Made by a program: the position numbers and the translations under genes. The notes beneath the pieces are model-generated. The model searched no databases. It was not told where the DNA came from and saw only the letters and a list, made by a program, of their open reading frames with translations. Positions 9,003-17,536 of a DNA stretch of 64,000 bases are shown piece after piece; position 1 is the first letter of the stretch, and each line of letters opens with the position of its first letter. Origin of the DNA: Gammaproteobacteria bacterium (GTDB taxonomy: Bacteria; Pseudomonadota; Gammaproteobacteria; Pseudomonadales; JANQJO01); NCBI GenBank assembly GCA_031409375.1, contig JANNXD010000073.1:3486-67485 (forward strand). The letters run 5' to 3'.

Positions 9003-10424
9003 TTACAATCTCGCCAACCATTGTTGCGCTTGACGTTCATTCATCTCACCTTGAAGCCCCTGACGTATCGCCGCGTTATTCGCGATATTCACAGCAGTCA
9101 AATGCCCGTAGGGCGTATACCAAACATCTGTGTCCAGTTGATGATTGCCTAAAAAATCTTTAAATTTCTGTTCGTTGCGAGCACCATCCATCACTAACCA
9201 ACGTGTTGCAGGATAACCTTGACCATTACTGAATACCAAATTTAACCCCCAAGCCACCTTGTCAACAAAATCGACCATGTAGCTTTCTAAACTACCGTCG
9301 TAATTGCTCGTAAACAACAACCGACGATCATCATCAATTAATACCCAACGGGCAAAATGAATGGTATCGACGCCTTCTAAACCTAAAAACGGCACGCCTG
9401 CTAAATTTCCTTTATTAAACACGTGACGCAAACTGGCATGCACCACTGACAAGGCAACTTTCACCGTGGTCTTACGTACCCAACCTGATTTTAAATAACC
9501 AACAGCAGAGAATTGGTTATGCGTATACACATCTTCTGGTGCACGCAACTGCGTTAAACGCAACAAAGGCGGACGCCGTCTTTCTTCTTGATCTTTTGAT
9601 TCCTTGGTTTGCAATACCAGCAGCCAGGCCAATAGTAACGGCCAAAACCATGTCACGACTAACGCACCAAGAAAAGCCAGCACCACTAAACGTAATTGTT
9701 CTTTGGCTTTCCACCAAAAAGAGGGCTGTGCGGCAGGTGCTAATGCCCATAATAAATGCGGATTTTTTTTGATAAAAGCAATAACCACTTTGCGCAGCTC
9801 ACGCGCTGAGGAAAGCATTTGTACATCGACTTGCTGCAAAAAAACTTGAATGGCTTGGCGAAGTTGATCTTCTTGCACGATTTGTTTAACACCACGGCCA
9901 ATGGTATTAATATAAAAGGCTTGTGCTGGGATCAGCTTTTCCGTTAGAAAAACTAAGCGTGTTGCATAGTTGCGTCTATCCGCTTCAGGATAACCTTCGC
10001 AAGCACCAAATACATCATCCAAACCTCGTCCGGCCTTCATTACCAGTTCGCTTAAAAAATCGTGCACCGAGCCATCCACATTTGCCATTAACACCAGGCT
10101 TGAGCCATAGCGCTCGGGGTGATCCGCACCAGGCAGAATCAGCAAGCGGGCAAAGTGTAATGAGTCCTTAAATAAACCAAAAGGTAGAGATTGATTGCGA
10201 ACCACATTTTCACTGATGCGCTTTAACGTCTCTCGCAACTTGGCTTCTTGCTCGAGGTTCAATTCAGCGCGAACCGTCAGCGGATTTTGCGGTTGCTGAT
10301 TAAACTTCTGCAGACGACTCACCAAGGGTTCTAACACACTAAAAGCTGGAATATTTAACAAGGGTTGCAAAGCGTCCACGGAAAATCCTTTTTTAACTAA
10401 ACCATTACATTTGAGCCAGTTCAA
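9003..10424 (-). CDS. Membrane protein of unknown function with an internally duplicated HFAR...DGS module
   Basis: Two related modules: LHFARLLILPG..LVLMANVDGSVHDFLSELV and IHFARWVLIDDDRRLLFTSNYDGSLESYMVDFV. They flank a hydrophobic stretch, LRLVVLAFLGALVVTWFWPLLLAWLLVL. The likely real start is GTG at 10379, which has AAGGA 7 nt upstream; the track start at 10424 is TTG. Confidence 0.55.
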   Translation of the reverse strand: MNWLKCNGLVKKGFSVDALQPLLNIPAFSVLEPLVSRLQKFNQQPQNPLTVRAELNLEQEAKLRETLKRISENVVRNQSLPFGLFKDSLHFARLLILPGADHPERYGSSLVLMANVDGSVHDFLSELVMKAGRGLDDVFGACEGYPEADRRNYATRLVFLTEKLIPAQAFYINTIGRGVKQIVQEDQLRQAIQVFLQQVDVQMLSSARELRKVVIAFIKKNPHLLWALAPAAQPSFWWKAKEQLRLVVLAFLGALVVTWFWPLLLAWLLVLQTKESKDQEERRRPPLLRLTQLRAPEDVYTHNQFSAVGYLKSGWVRKTTVKVALSVVHASLRHVFNKGNLAGVPFLGLEGVDTIHFARWVLIDDDRRLLFTSNYDGSLESYMVDFVDKVAWGLNLVFSNGQGYPATRWLVMDGARNEQKFKDFLGNHQLDTDVWYTPYGHLTAVNIANNAAIRQGLQGEMNERQAQQWLARL

Positions 10425-10480
10425 TCGATGTTGCGCAGATCAATTGCACTGATTGCGCCGTCCCCAGCTGTGTGCGTTCA

Positions 10481-10522
10481 ACCCCACCCTAGCCCTCCCC
10501 GTGTCAGAGGAGGGAATGAAGC
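10481..10522. repeat. REP-like intergenic element with a short hairpin
   Basis: ACCCCACCCTAGCCCTCCCCGTGTCAGAGGAGGGAATGAAGC. CCCTCC (10493-10498) pairs with GGAGGG (10509-10514). It resembles the GGGTGAGGG/GAGAGGG class of extragenic palindromes seen in many proteobacteria. There is one copy, inside the operon gap. Confidence 0.35.
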
Positions 10523-10570
10523 GTTTTAACACTCAAAAGCGAAGTTTTTTTGCCTGCGCATCACCTGTCA

Positions 10571-11059
10571 TTAAGCGGCATTCGCAAATGGACACGCGGA
10601 AGCTGAAGCTTCAACACAGGTTTCCAGCGCAAAATCCAATACGCGCTTGTTACCCCACCACACTTTACCTAAATACAAACCGGGTTCGACTTCTCGGATT
10701 TCATCGCGAATTTTTTGCGCAAAAAAAGAGGTTTTGGCGTAATCAATCACAATAGTTTCTTTTCCATCTAGCCAGCTAATATCACGATAAACTTTAGCCA
10801 CTATCGAATGCACACCTAAAGGTGACACTTTATTAACCAGCACACCTTTATCTTGATCAAACAAATCAAATACCTTACCTTGCCAAGCCACTCGACGCGC
10901 AAACTTCGCAAACAAATCGGGAAACGCCGCGCCAGTTAAAATCGCAGTACCACGCGTATCGCCTTGTGGAATGGCACCGGGTTTGGCTTGCTTATAAATA
11001 GTATCCAACTCTTCACGAGACATGGATAACCACTCGCTGACTTTAACATTACTGCTCAT
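10571..11059 (-). CDS. Hypothetical small protein (162 aa), translationally coupled to the upstream catalase-fold gene
   Basis: Its start overlaps the stop of the 11056..12201 gene by 4 bp (ATGA). There is no signal peptide. VAWQGKVF and IDY...IRDEIREVEPGLYLG weakly recall GXWXG/DUF4334-type proteins; that family assignment is low confidence. Confidence 0.5.
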   Translation of the reverse strand: MSSNVKVSEWLSMSREELDTIYKQAKPGAIPQGDTRGTAILTGAAFPDLFAKFARRVAWQGKVFDLFDQDKGVLVNKVSPLGVHSIVAKVYRDISWLDGKETIVIDYAKTSFFAQKIRDEIREVEPGLYLGKVWWGNKRVLDFALETCVEASASACPFANAA

Positions 11060-12201
11060 ACACTAACTCCTGTAACTGTTGGTTGTGAACTGACGGAGGG
11101 ATTGACAAGGGTTCCCAAAGGTAATGTTGATGCTGAGGGTAATAATGACGAACCTAATATAGCAGGCGGCAGCGATTGACGCCGAAATTCAGCCATCTGC
11201 GCATACACTCGTTGACGAACTCGATTAATGCCGCCCAAGGGTTGATGCGCGGGCAAACATTGCCAGGGATTAAAGCTTTGACGTTCCGCCCGTGCGAATA
11301 CCGCTTCTTGCTGAAAATCTTGCAACGGAATACGAATACGCGCTACACGGTGAAACGGCGATAAAGATTCAGACCATAACACAGAGGCATCTTCAATCGG
11401 CATACGTTCCGCATCTAATTGAAACTGCACCGCCAGATCAAAACTCACCGTAGCGTTTTGCAAATGTTGCCGCATATTTTGGCGCAAATAATCGGGGAAA
11501 ATCCGCCAAGGCAACTCACTTTGGTAGTCAGATGTTGGAATGAGTTTATATTTTACTGCCACCGATTTTTGGGTGCCTAAGCGATAAGGCGTGGTACTCC
11601 AATAAGGAATATCAAAAGGACTCGTCGCATGGGTGCGCGCTAAACTTAAAATCTGTAATGCTCGCCAATGGGGATTGCGTGGATTAACAAAATACCACCA
11701 TGGTTTGTTTTGTGCCTTTGCCTCAATAAAAGCTAAAAAATCTTGTGGCGTACCGGCAAACAACACGGGATAACTATTCAAGATAAAATCTTGGTGATCT
11801 GACTTACCCCAAAGCTTATCACCAGGAACTTGATGTACTTTAATAGAGGCACCACGCAAATCTTTTTGCATGTCATTATCAGTACTTGCCGAAGCAAAAC
11901 GCATTACAGCTGGATAATGCCCAGGTTTAGCAAACAGACCTTGCGCTAAGGATTCTGGTAAGCCTTCTAACACTTCAAACTGCACATCAAAATAACCCAG
12001 CGTTTTAGCCTGATTAAAACGCCTGATCATACCGGGCAAAATCTTGCTCTTTTTTGCACTACGCGCCGTAATACGCTCAATCAACTGCACCATGCGCTTA
12101 GCAATATAAGCTTCATCCGCCAGCGGAAATTCCGCCCCCAATTGTGGGCACAAACGTTCAAGCGGCTGCTGATGGATCCGGGACCAAGCTATTGCTGTCA
12201 T
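11056..12201 (-). CDS. Catalase-fold haem protein (catalase-related, short form), paralogue B
   Basis: It shares its layout with 6282..7460: AKTLGYFDVQFEVL, AVMRFASAS, DFILNSYPVLFAG, MPIEDASVLW, and FNPWQCLPAHQPLGGINRVRQRVY (proximal R...Y region). Confidence 0.6.
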   Translation of the reverse strand: MTAIAWSRIHQQPLERLCPQLGAEFPLADEAYIAKRMVQLIERITARSAKKSKILPGMIRRFNQAKTLGYFDVQFEVLEGLPESLAQGLFAKPGHYPAVMRFASASTDNDMQKDLRGASIKVHQVPGDKLWGKSDHQDFILNSYPVLFAGTPQDFLAFIEAKAQNKPWWYFVNPRNPHWRALQILSLARTHATSPFDIPYWSTTPYRLGTQKSVAVKYKLIPTSDYQSELPWRIFPDYLRQNMRQHLQNATVSFDLAVQFQLDAERMPIEDASVLWSESLSPFHRVARIRIPLQDFQQEAVFARAERQSFNPWQCLPAHQPLGGINRVRQRVYAQMAEFRRQSLPPAILGSSLLPSASTLPLGTLVNPSVSSQPTVTGVSV

Positions 12202-12243
12202 GGTATAACTTCCATCATCATCTCAGTATCATTGCCTCACATC

Positions 12244-15168
12244 TTAAGGCTTAAAAGCGGGATCTTGCTCAGCGCCAGCGCGTGGTTTCCAGGCCAACGA
12301 ATAATAGTCACCGCGATCACGGGCCCAAGGATCAAAGGCATTTTTAACGGGCAACAACTCTTGTTTTAACTCAGGAATGTTGCGCATCAACAAACGCTTC
12401 ATCGGCGATACCGCTACCTTATGGCCATTGACCAACTCTGGCTCCATACAAATCGATTCACCCGCTGCGGTCGTTTCCAATGGGTATGGACATCCGGCTA
12501 ATGGGCCATTGTGATTGACCCAATTGACCCCCAAGTTGGAATAAAATTCTGGGCGAAAACTCGACGTAAAGAAACGGTCGCTAAATAAACGTCGCGATGC
12601 ATTGATAATAAACACATGGAACTGGGTTTCGGAAATAGCATAACCATGGGGTCGGGTATATTCAGCCAACCAACCCACTACCGTATCAACGTCTTCAATA
12701 TTATCAACTGTGGCACCCTCTGCATGGCCTAAACAATCATTAATAAACTTGCCCTGCGCGTCTTTTTGTACCACCGAAATAATTTTACTGGCGTCACAGG
12801 TATGCGTTCCATAAATTTCACGCATCTTGGCAATCACTTTCTCTTGCGCTTTACGTGCCTGCGAACCCTCTGGTAAACGATGATCAACAAAATCGTCGTA
12901 GCTGGTTAAGGTTTTCAAACCAATCTGACGACGAAACTCGTTAAAGCGGGGAATACCGCGCTCGCGATCTCGAATTAAATCCAACGCCGCCACATCAATC
13001 TTACGCGTGGCTGAATTCAAATGTGGCATATCCAAGTTCTGCAAAAATTGCGGATGATTTTGCAACTGCAACAAAGCTAAGCGTTGCCGCCCCATACTTA
13101 AACCCCAGTTAGCCAGACCATGCTCACGCATTTGCGTCGTCGCCAAACCGCGTACCGTATCGACGACTGGGATTTTCATCGCCAATTGATTGGGTTGATT
13201 GCTGTCTCGATATTCAATCAAATCAGGTAACAGCGGGTGCAATCGATACACCGTCATAAATTCTTCAGGAAAATTAAATGGCGAGCCAAAGTGATTCACC
13301 CCCCCATTAACATGCTCAGGATTTTCTAGGCTCCAGACATCTTTTTTCCACCACAACTTGCCGGTTTCAATTTTATTACCCAAACCAAAAATACCGGCAC
13401 CCGAAGCAAACACTGAATACCAACTATTGGCATCATTTTTACTTGAACGTTTAAAGGCACCCGCCACACGATCAGAGGTACGCGCTAACACCGACTCATC
13501 TTGGCCAATGATTTTTTTCACCGCTCGACTCGAGGGGCTTTCATCTTTGGAATCAAACAAACCAAACCAGTTAGAGTTCATGCCTTTATACAGCGGTTCG
13601 CCGTACAGCAACTGCGTGGTCCATTCAATGGTATGAATTTTTGCTATCTCAGCAGTCACTACTAAACGGGCGATATTAAATAACTCTTCATCAGACACAG
13701 CACTATATAAAATGGGCTGTGTAGCAGCATCGGGCGTACGCAAGCCAGAATCATCACTCGGATGCAGTTTTTGATAAGCACGGAAGCTCGCCACAAAATT
13801 GTTATGCTCACGCACAAACACATTGTGATAGAAACTCAGTCCAATGCTCCAATTATCCGGAAACGCGGCCGCTTCTTGACCCGCCCATTGCGGCTGACTG
13901 GGAACGCATGGGATTGATTGCGTTGACGTTTGGCCAACGGCACAACTGGCCATGATTGGAAGATAGCCATTGGGTTGCAACAAGCGAGCACGATCGGCAG
14001 GATCACGCAACACCCGCTTCACGGACGTTTCATCAAAACCATAAATTTGCGAACCATCCCACCAGGCGGTGTTAAAGTTTTTAAAGGTTTTTGGCGAGCG
14101 AGCCCATTGATCCTTGCCATCTTGTTTGAAAGTCGGCGGAGCACCTTGTTGATCGACTAAGGCCGCTTCCATACGATCGCCAGAACGACAACCCGATAAT
14201 TCAGCTTGCGAAGAAGCACAACCCGTTGGCAATAAACCAGGCTGGTTGCGCCCTTCTTTCATGTGCGTCAACCAATCATGGGTCATGAATTGAATCCAAT
14301 AAGCGGCCAACACATTAAAAAAAGGTGCTGATGCATAAGGACAATCTGCTTCGGCGGAGTAACCCGGCAACCCTTTACCTTGATGACAGCTTGCACTTTC
14401 AGCAGACGCCATGCGAGTGAATAATTGACGACTAATCAGCTGCGGATCGGGGGTCATCGCGTCGATACGTCCGCCATGTCGCGCTTTGGTCAAACTCGTC
14501 AATGCTTGATCAGGAAAGGTCGCTTCAAATTGCACATTACGCGCAAAGTCCATTCCTGCAGAACCCATCAAAGGGTTGTAGATATCATTACAAATACCAT
14601 TGATGGTACGCGCACGGATCAACTCGCCTCGACAAAGCTGTTGTTTATCAGCACCACCCACTGCAGCATAATACGGATGATTGGGAGATAACCGCATTTC
14701 ATCCCAAGTTTTAACCAATCGTCCTGGTTGATCACCTTTGCCAGTGACATAAGTTTTGTAGGTATAGTTATCAAACAAATTAAATTTAATCAGTTCAATG
14801 CGCTGGAACTCAAGATCCAGCAAGGCACCATCAACACCGCGGCCATTGGGTTTTAAATGCTCACCTAATAAAGTCAGTGCTTGCGGACCATCGTGCAAAG
14901 AGCTTGCATCGCCAGTTGCCCAATAATTTGACCAATCCACCCAGGGCGTAAAACGATATTGCACCGCTTTGTCACCACCGCGACAACGCGCAGTGGCCTC
15001 ATCTACCTTGCCATTAAAACGATCAGCGCGATCTTCTGGGACTTTTAATAATCCACCTTTGACCATTTTGGCACACGCCACCGTATCGGCATCTGCCAAC
15101 ACGCATTGACTCAAAATACTGATAAATACTGCAACTGAAGCAGTCGAAACAACCAACCAAGGTCGCAT
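12244..15168 (-). CDS. Secreted haem peroxidase/cyclooxygenase-superfamily protein, alpha-dioxygenase/COX-like fatty-acid oxygenase candidate
   Basis: N-terminal signal peptide MRPWLVVSTASVAVFISILSQCVLA. LAAYWIQFMTHDW (nt 14272-14310) matches the distal-His motif of plant alpha-dioxygenases. FMTVYRLHPLLPD (nt 13231-13266) matches the catalytic Tyr / proximal His YRxH motif of COX and alpha-DOX. GICNDIYNPLMG is also present. Confidence 0.75.
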   Translation of the reverse strand: MRPWLVVSTASVAVFISILSQCVLADADTVACAKMVKGGLLKVPEDRADRFNGKVDEATARCRGGDKAVQYRFTPWVDWSNYWATGDASSLHDGPQALTLLGEHLKPNGRGVDGALLDLEFQRIELIKFNLFDNYTYKTYVTGKGDQPGRLVKTWDEMRLSPNHPYYAAVGGADKQQLCRGELIRARTINGICNDIYNPLMGSAGMDFARNVQFEATFPDQALTSLTKARHGGRIDAMTPDPQLISRQLFTRMASAESASCHQGKGLPGYSAEADCPYASAPFFNVLAAYWIQFMTHDWLTHMKEGRNQPGLLPTGCASSQAELSGCRSGDRMEAALVDQQGAPPTFKQDGKDQWARSPKTFKNFNTAWWDGSQIYGFDETSVKRVLRDPADRARLLQPNGYLPIMASCAVGQTSTQSIPCVPSQPQWAGQEAAAFPDNWSIGLSFYHNVFVREHNNFVASFRAYQKLHPSDDSGLRTPDAATQPILYSAVSDEELFNIARLVVTAEIAKIHTIEWTTQLLYGEPLYKGMNSNWFGLFDSKDESPSSRAVKKIIGQDESVLARTSDRVAGAFKRSSKNDANSWYSVFASGAGIFGLGNKIETGKLWWKKDVWSLENPEHVNGGVNHFGSPFNFPEEFMTVYRLHPLLPDLIEYRDSNQPNQLAMKIPVVDTVRGLATTQMREHGLANWGLSMGRQRLALLQLQNHPQFLQNLDMPHLNSATRKIDVAALDLIRDRERGIPRFNEFRRQIGLKTLTSYDDFVDHRLPEGSQARKAQEKVIAKMREIYGTHTCDASKIISVVQKDAQGKFINDCLGHAEGATVDNIEDVDTVVGWLAEYTRPHGYAISETQFHVFIINASRRLFSDRFFTSSFRPEFYSNLGVNWVNHNGPLAGCPYPLETTAAGESICMEPELVNGHKVAVSPMKRLLMRNIPELKQELLPVKNAFDPWARDRGDYYSLAWKPRAGAEQDPAFKP

Positions 15169-15395
15169 ACTTCACTCTCCCTGTGAGAAAAAAATGTATT
15201 TGAACATCACATCATTAATTTTTCATTGGTATCAAAGTAATCGCATCTGAAAATTTTGCAAGTGTAACAAAAGCCATTCGGTTACCATAGCGAAGATTTT
15301 TAACTAAATTTGTGCATTACTACCCATTGTTTTAATGCTTGCGATTTTATCTAACGATTAGGATTAACATCCGTCGTTTTAGCAACTGAATTTAT

Positions 15396-16637
15396 ATGAT
15401 CGCTTTTCTTGAAGCTCAACGTGCAGGCTTATGGCAGCGCCAACATTGGTTGCCGAATATTTTATCCGGTTTATTGGTCGGCGTGGTGGCGCTGCCATTA
15501 GCAATGGCATTTGCCATTGCTTCCGGCGCAAAACCTGAACAAGGTTTGTACACAGCAATTATTGCGGGCTTTGTGGTGTCTGTTTTTGGTGGCTCACGCC
15601 TGCAAATTGCAGGACCGACCGGCGCTTTTATTGCGGTTTTAGCGGCCATCACCGCAAAATTTGGTATTGATGGCTTGCAGCTGGCCACATTAATGGCGGG
15701 CATCATGCTCCTGCTGTTCGGATTGCTACGACTTGGTAAGTTAATTGAGTTTATCCCCGCGTCTGTGATCCTCGGTTTTACCAGCGGTATCGGCATCATT
15801 ATTTGGGTAAGCCAGTGGCGAGATTTTTTTGGCCTACCGGCTATCACCGGCGAACACTTTCATCAAAAGTTTTGGCACCTACTACATGCCCTACCCCAAC
15901 TGCATTTTCCAACCACAATGTTAGCCATTTTTTCTTTAATCGTAACATTGTTCGTATCACGATTACCAAAGTGCGCTCGCTTACCCGGCCCACTGATCGC
16001 GCTGATCACCGGCACATTACTTCAAAGTTACTTTCACATTCCTGGCATCGCCACCATCGGTAGCGTGTTTGGTCAACTGCCTGCAGGCTTGCCACATTGG
16101 CAATTACCGCACGTTACCTGGCCCCGCGTTTTAATGTTAATCGGGCCTGCTTTTTCCATCGCATTGTTGGGCGCCATTGAATCACTGCTATCGGCCGTCG
16201 TGGCTGATCGCATGGCCGGCACACGCCATGATGCTAATCAAGAGTTAATCGGCCAAGGATTAGCGAATGTACTCACCCCCTTGTTCGGTGGTTTTGCTGC
16301 AACCGGTGCCATTGCACGTACCGCAACCAATGTCCGCAACGGTGCAACCGGTCCCCTTGCCGGTATCGTTCACGCCGCAACATTGGCGGCAATACTATTT
16401 TTTTTAGCCCCTTTAGCGGCCAATATTCCGCTCGCAACTTTAGCAGCCATTTTATTTGTCGTCGCCTGGCATATGAGCGAATTACCCCAAGTAGTGCGCA
16501 GATTACGCCAAGCATCCAAAAGCGATAACAGCGTTCTGATCATTACTTTTACACTGACTGTGTTTAGTGATTTGATCATCGCTGTTACCGCTGGTGTGCT
16601 GTTAAGCATTGCACTGAACTCGGTTCGACAAAAATAA
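15396..16637 (+). CDS. SulP family inorganic anion transporter, short form without a STAS domain
   Basis: LSGLLVGVVALPLAMAFAIASGA and multiple TM segments are typical of the SulP core. The protein ends right after the last TM segment at 413 aa. Confidence 0.75.
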   Translation: MIAFLEAQRAGLWQRQHWLPNILSGLLVGVVALPLAMAFAIASGAKPEQGLYTAIIAGFVVSVFGGSRLQIAGPTGAFIAVLAAITAKFGIDGLQLATLMAGIMLLLFGLLRLGKLIEFIPASVILGFTSGIGIIIWVSQWRDFFGLPAITGEHFHQKFWHLLHALPQLHFPTTMLAIFSLIVTLFVSRLPKCARLPGPLIALITGTLLQSYFHIPGIATIGSVFGQLPAGLPHWQLPHVTWPRVLMLIGPAFSIALLGAIESLLSAVVADRMAGTRHDANQELIGQGLANVLTPLFGGFAATGAIARTATNVRNGATGPLAGIVHAATLAAILFFLAPLAANIPLATLAAILFVVAWHMSELPQVVRRLRQASKSDNSVLIITFTLTVFSDLIIAVTAGVLLSIALNSVRQK

Positions 16638-16783
16638 ATCTTCACCTTTGCAAGCCCACCCTAACGATTAATAGGCTAATCCTTGCACAGACAACCAATA
16701 ATCGGTGCGATCCCTCGGCAAACCCTCTATGATGCACGACCTCATTACACGCTACACAGCCATGACAATTCACGACGACTACC

Positions 16784-17536
16784 ATGATTGAAGAACCTGC
16801 AGCCCCTGAAAAATCACCCGCCGATAATCCACAGGCTTATTTTGGCTCAGCCAAATTTATGCTCAGCGTTGGGCAAATTTCGCAGTTACCCGACGATAGC
16901 GGCGGCGAAATTGCTTTTGTGGGGCGATCCAACGCGGGTAAATCCAGCGCACTAAATCTGTTATGCAACCAAAAACAGCTAGCCTTCAGCAGCAAAACAC
17001 CTGGCCGCACGCGACTATTAAATTTTTTTCAACTACCGGATGGCATGCGGTTAGTCGATTTACCCGGCTATGGTTATGCGCAAGCGGCAAAAAACGAACA
17101 ACAAGTCTGGGCCAAGCTGATCAATGACTATATGAAATACCGTGCTAGTTTATGTGGCGTGGTGTTGTTAATGGATTGCCGCCATCCGCTCAAACCCCAA
17201 GATCAGCAATTTATTGAATGGGCCAAGTATTTTCATTACCCGCTAATGGTGTTGATGACCAAAGCAGATAAACTCAGCAAAAATCAGGCTGCGCGACAAT
17301 TGTGGACCACGGGTAAACTGATGGAGCCTTTTGGGTTGGATAGACTGCAATTATTTTCGACGCTCAATAAAATCGGGGTTGATAGCTGCCGCTCACAACT
17401 TTTGGATTGGTTCAGCGCTAAAAAGTCGGCCATCAAGGCGTTGGAAGTAGGTGCCTCACTAGCAGAGACCAATATCGATCTCACTCAATCCGCCACTGCA
17501 ACCCCCAGCTCGTCCACTGAAAGTCCGGCCACTTGA
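16784..17536 (+). CDS. engB: Ribosome biogenesis GTP-binding protein YihA/EngB
   Basis: EIAFVGRSNAGKSSALN (G1), KTPGRTRLLNFF, LVDLPGYGYA (G3) and TKADK (G4). It has a C-terminal low-complexity extension. Confidence 0.85.
   Translation: MIEEPAAPEKSPADNPQAYFGSAKFMLSVGQISQLPDDSGGEIAFVGRSNAGKSSALNLLCNQKQLAFSSKTPGRTRLLNFFQLPDGMRLVDLPGYGYAQAAKNEQQVWAKLINDYMKYRASLCGVVLLMDCRHPLKPQDQQFIEWAKYFHYPLMVLMTKADKLSKNQAARQLWTTGKLMEPFGLDRLQLFSTLNKIGVDSCRSQLLDWFSAKKSAIKALEVGASLAETNIDLTQSATATPSSSTESPAT

Noticed and set aside
6282-12201. The two catalase-fold genes read as ordinary H2O2-scavenging catalases (KatA/KatE type).
   Set aside because: They are too short (381-392 aa), lack the C-terminal and wrapping domains, and have divergent distal-site residues by eye. 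Their operon context with a fatty-acid-oxygenase-like haem protein also argues against it.
17485-17536. The 52-bp convergent overlap of the engB and cysQ 3' ends read as a sign of mis-assembly or a fused gene.
   Set aside because: Both frames end at genuine stop codons, and both proteins have complete core motifs upstream. The overlap involves only low-complexity C-terminal tails.
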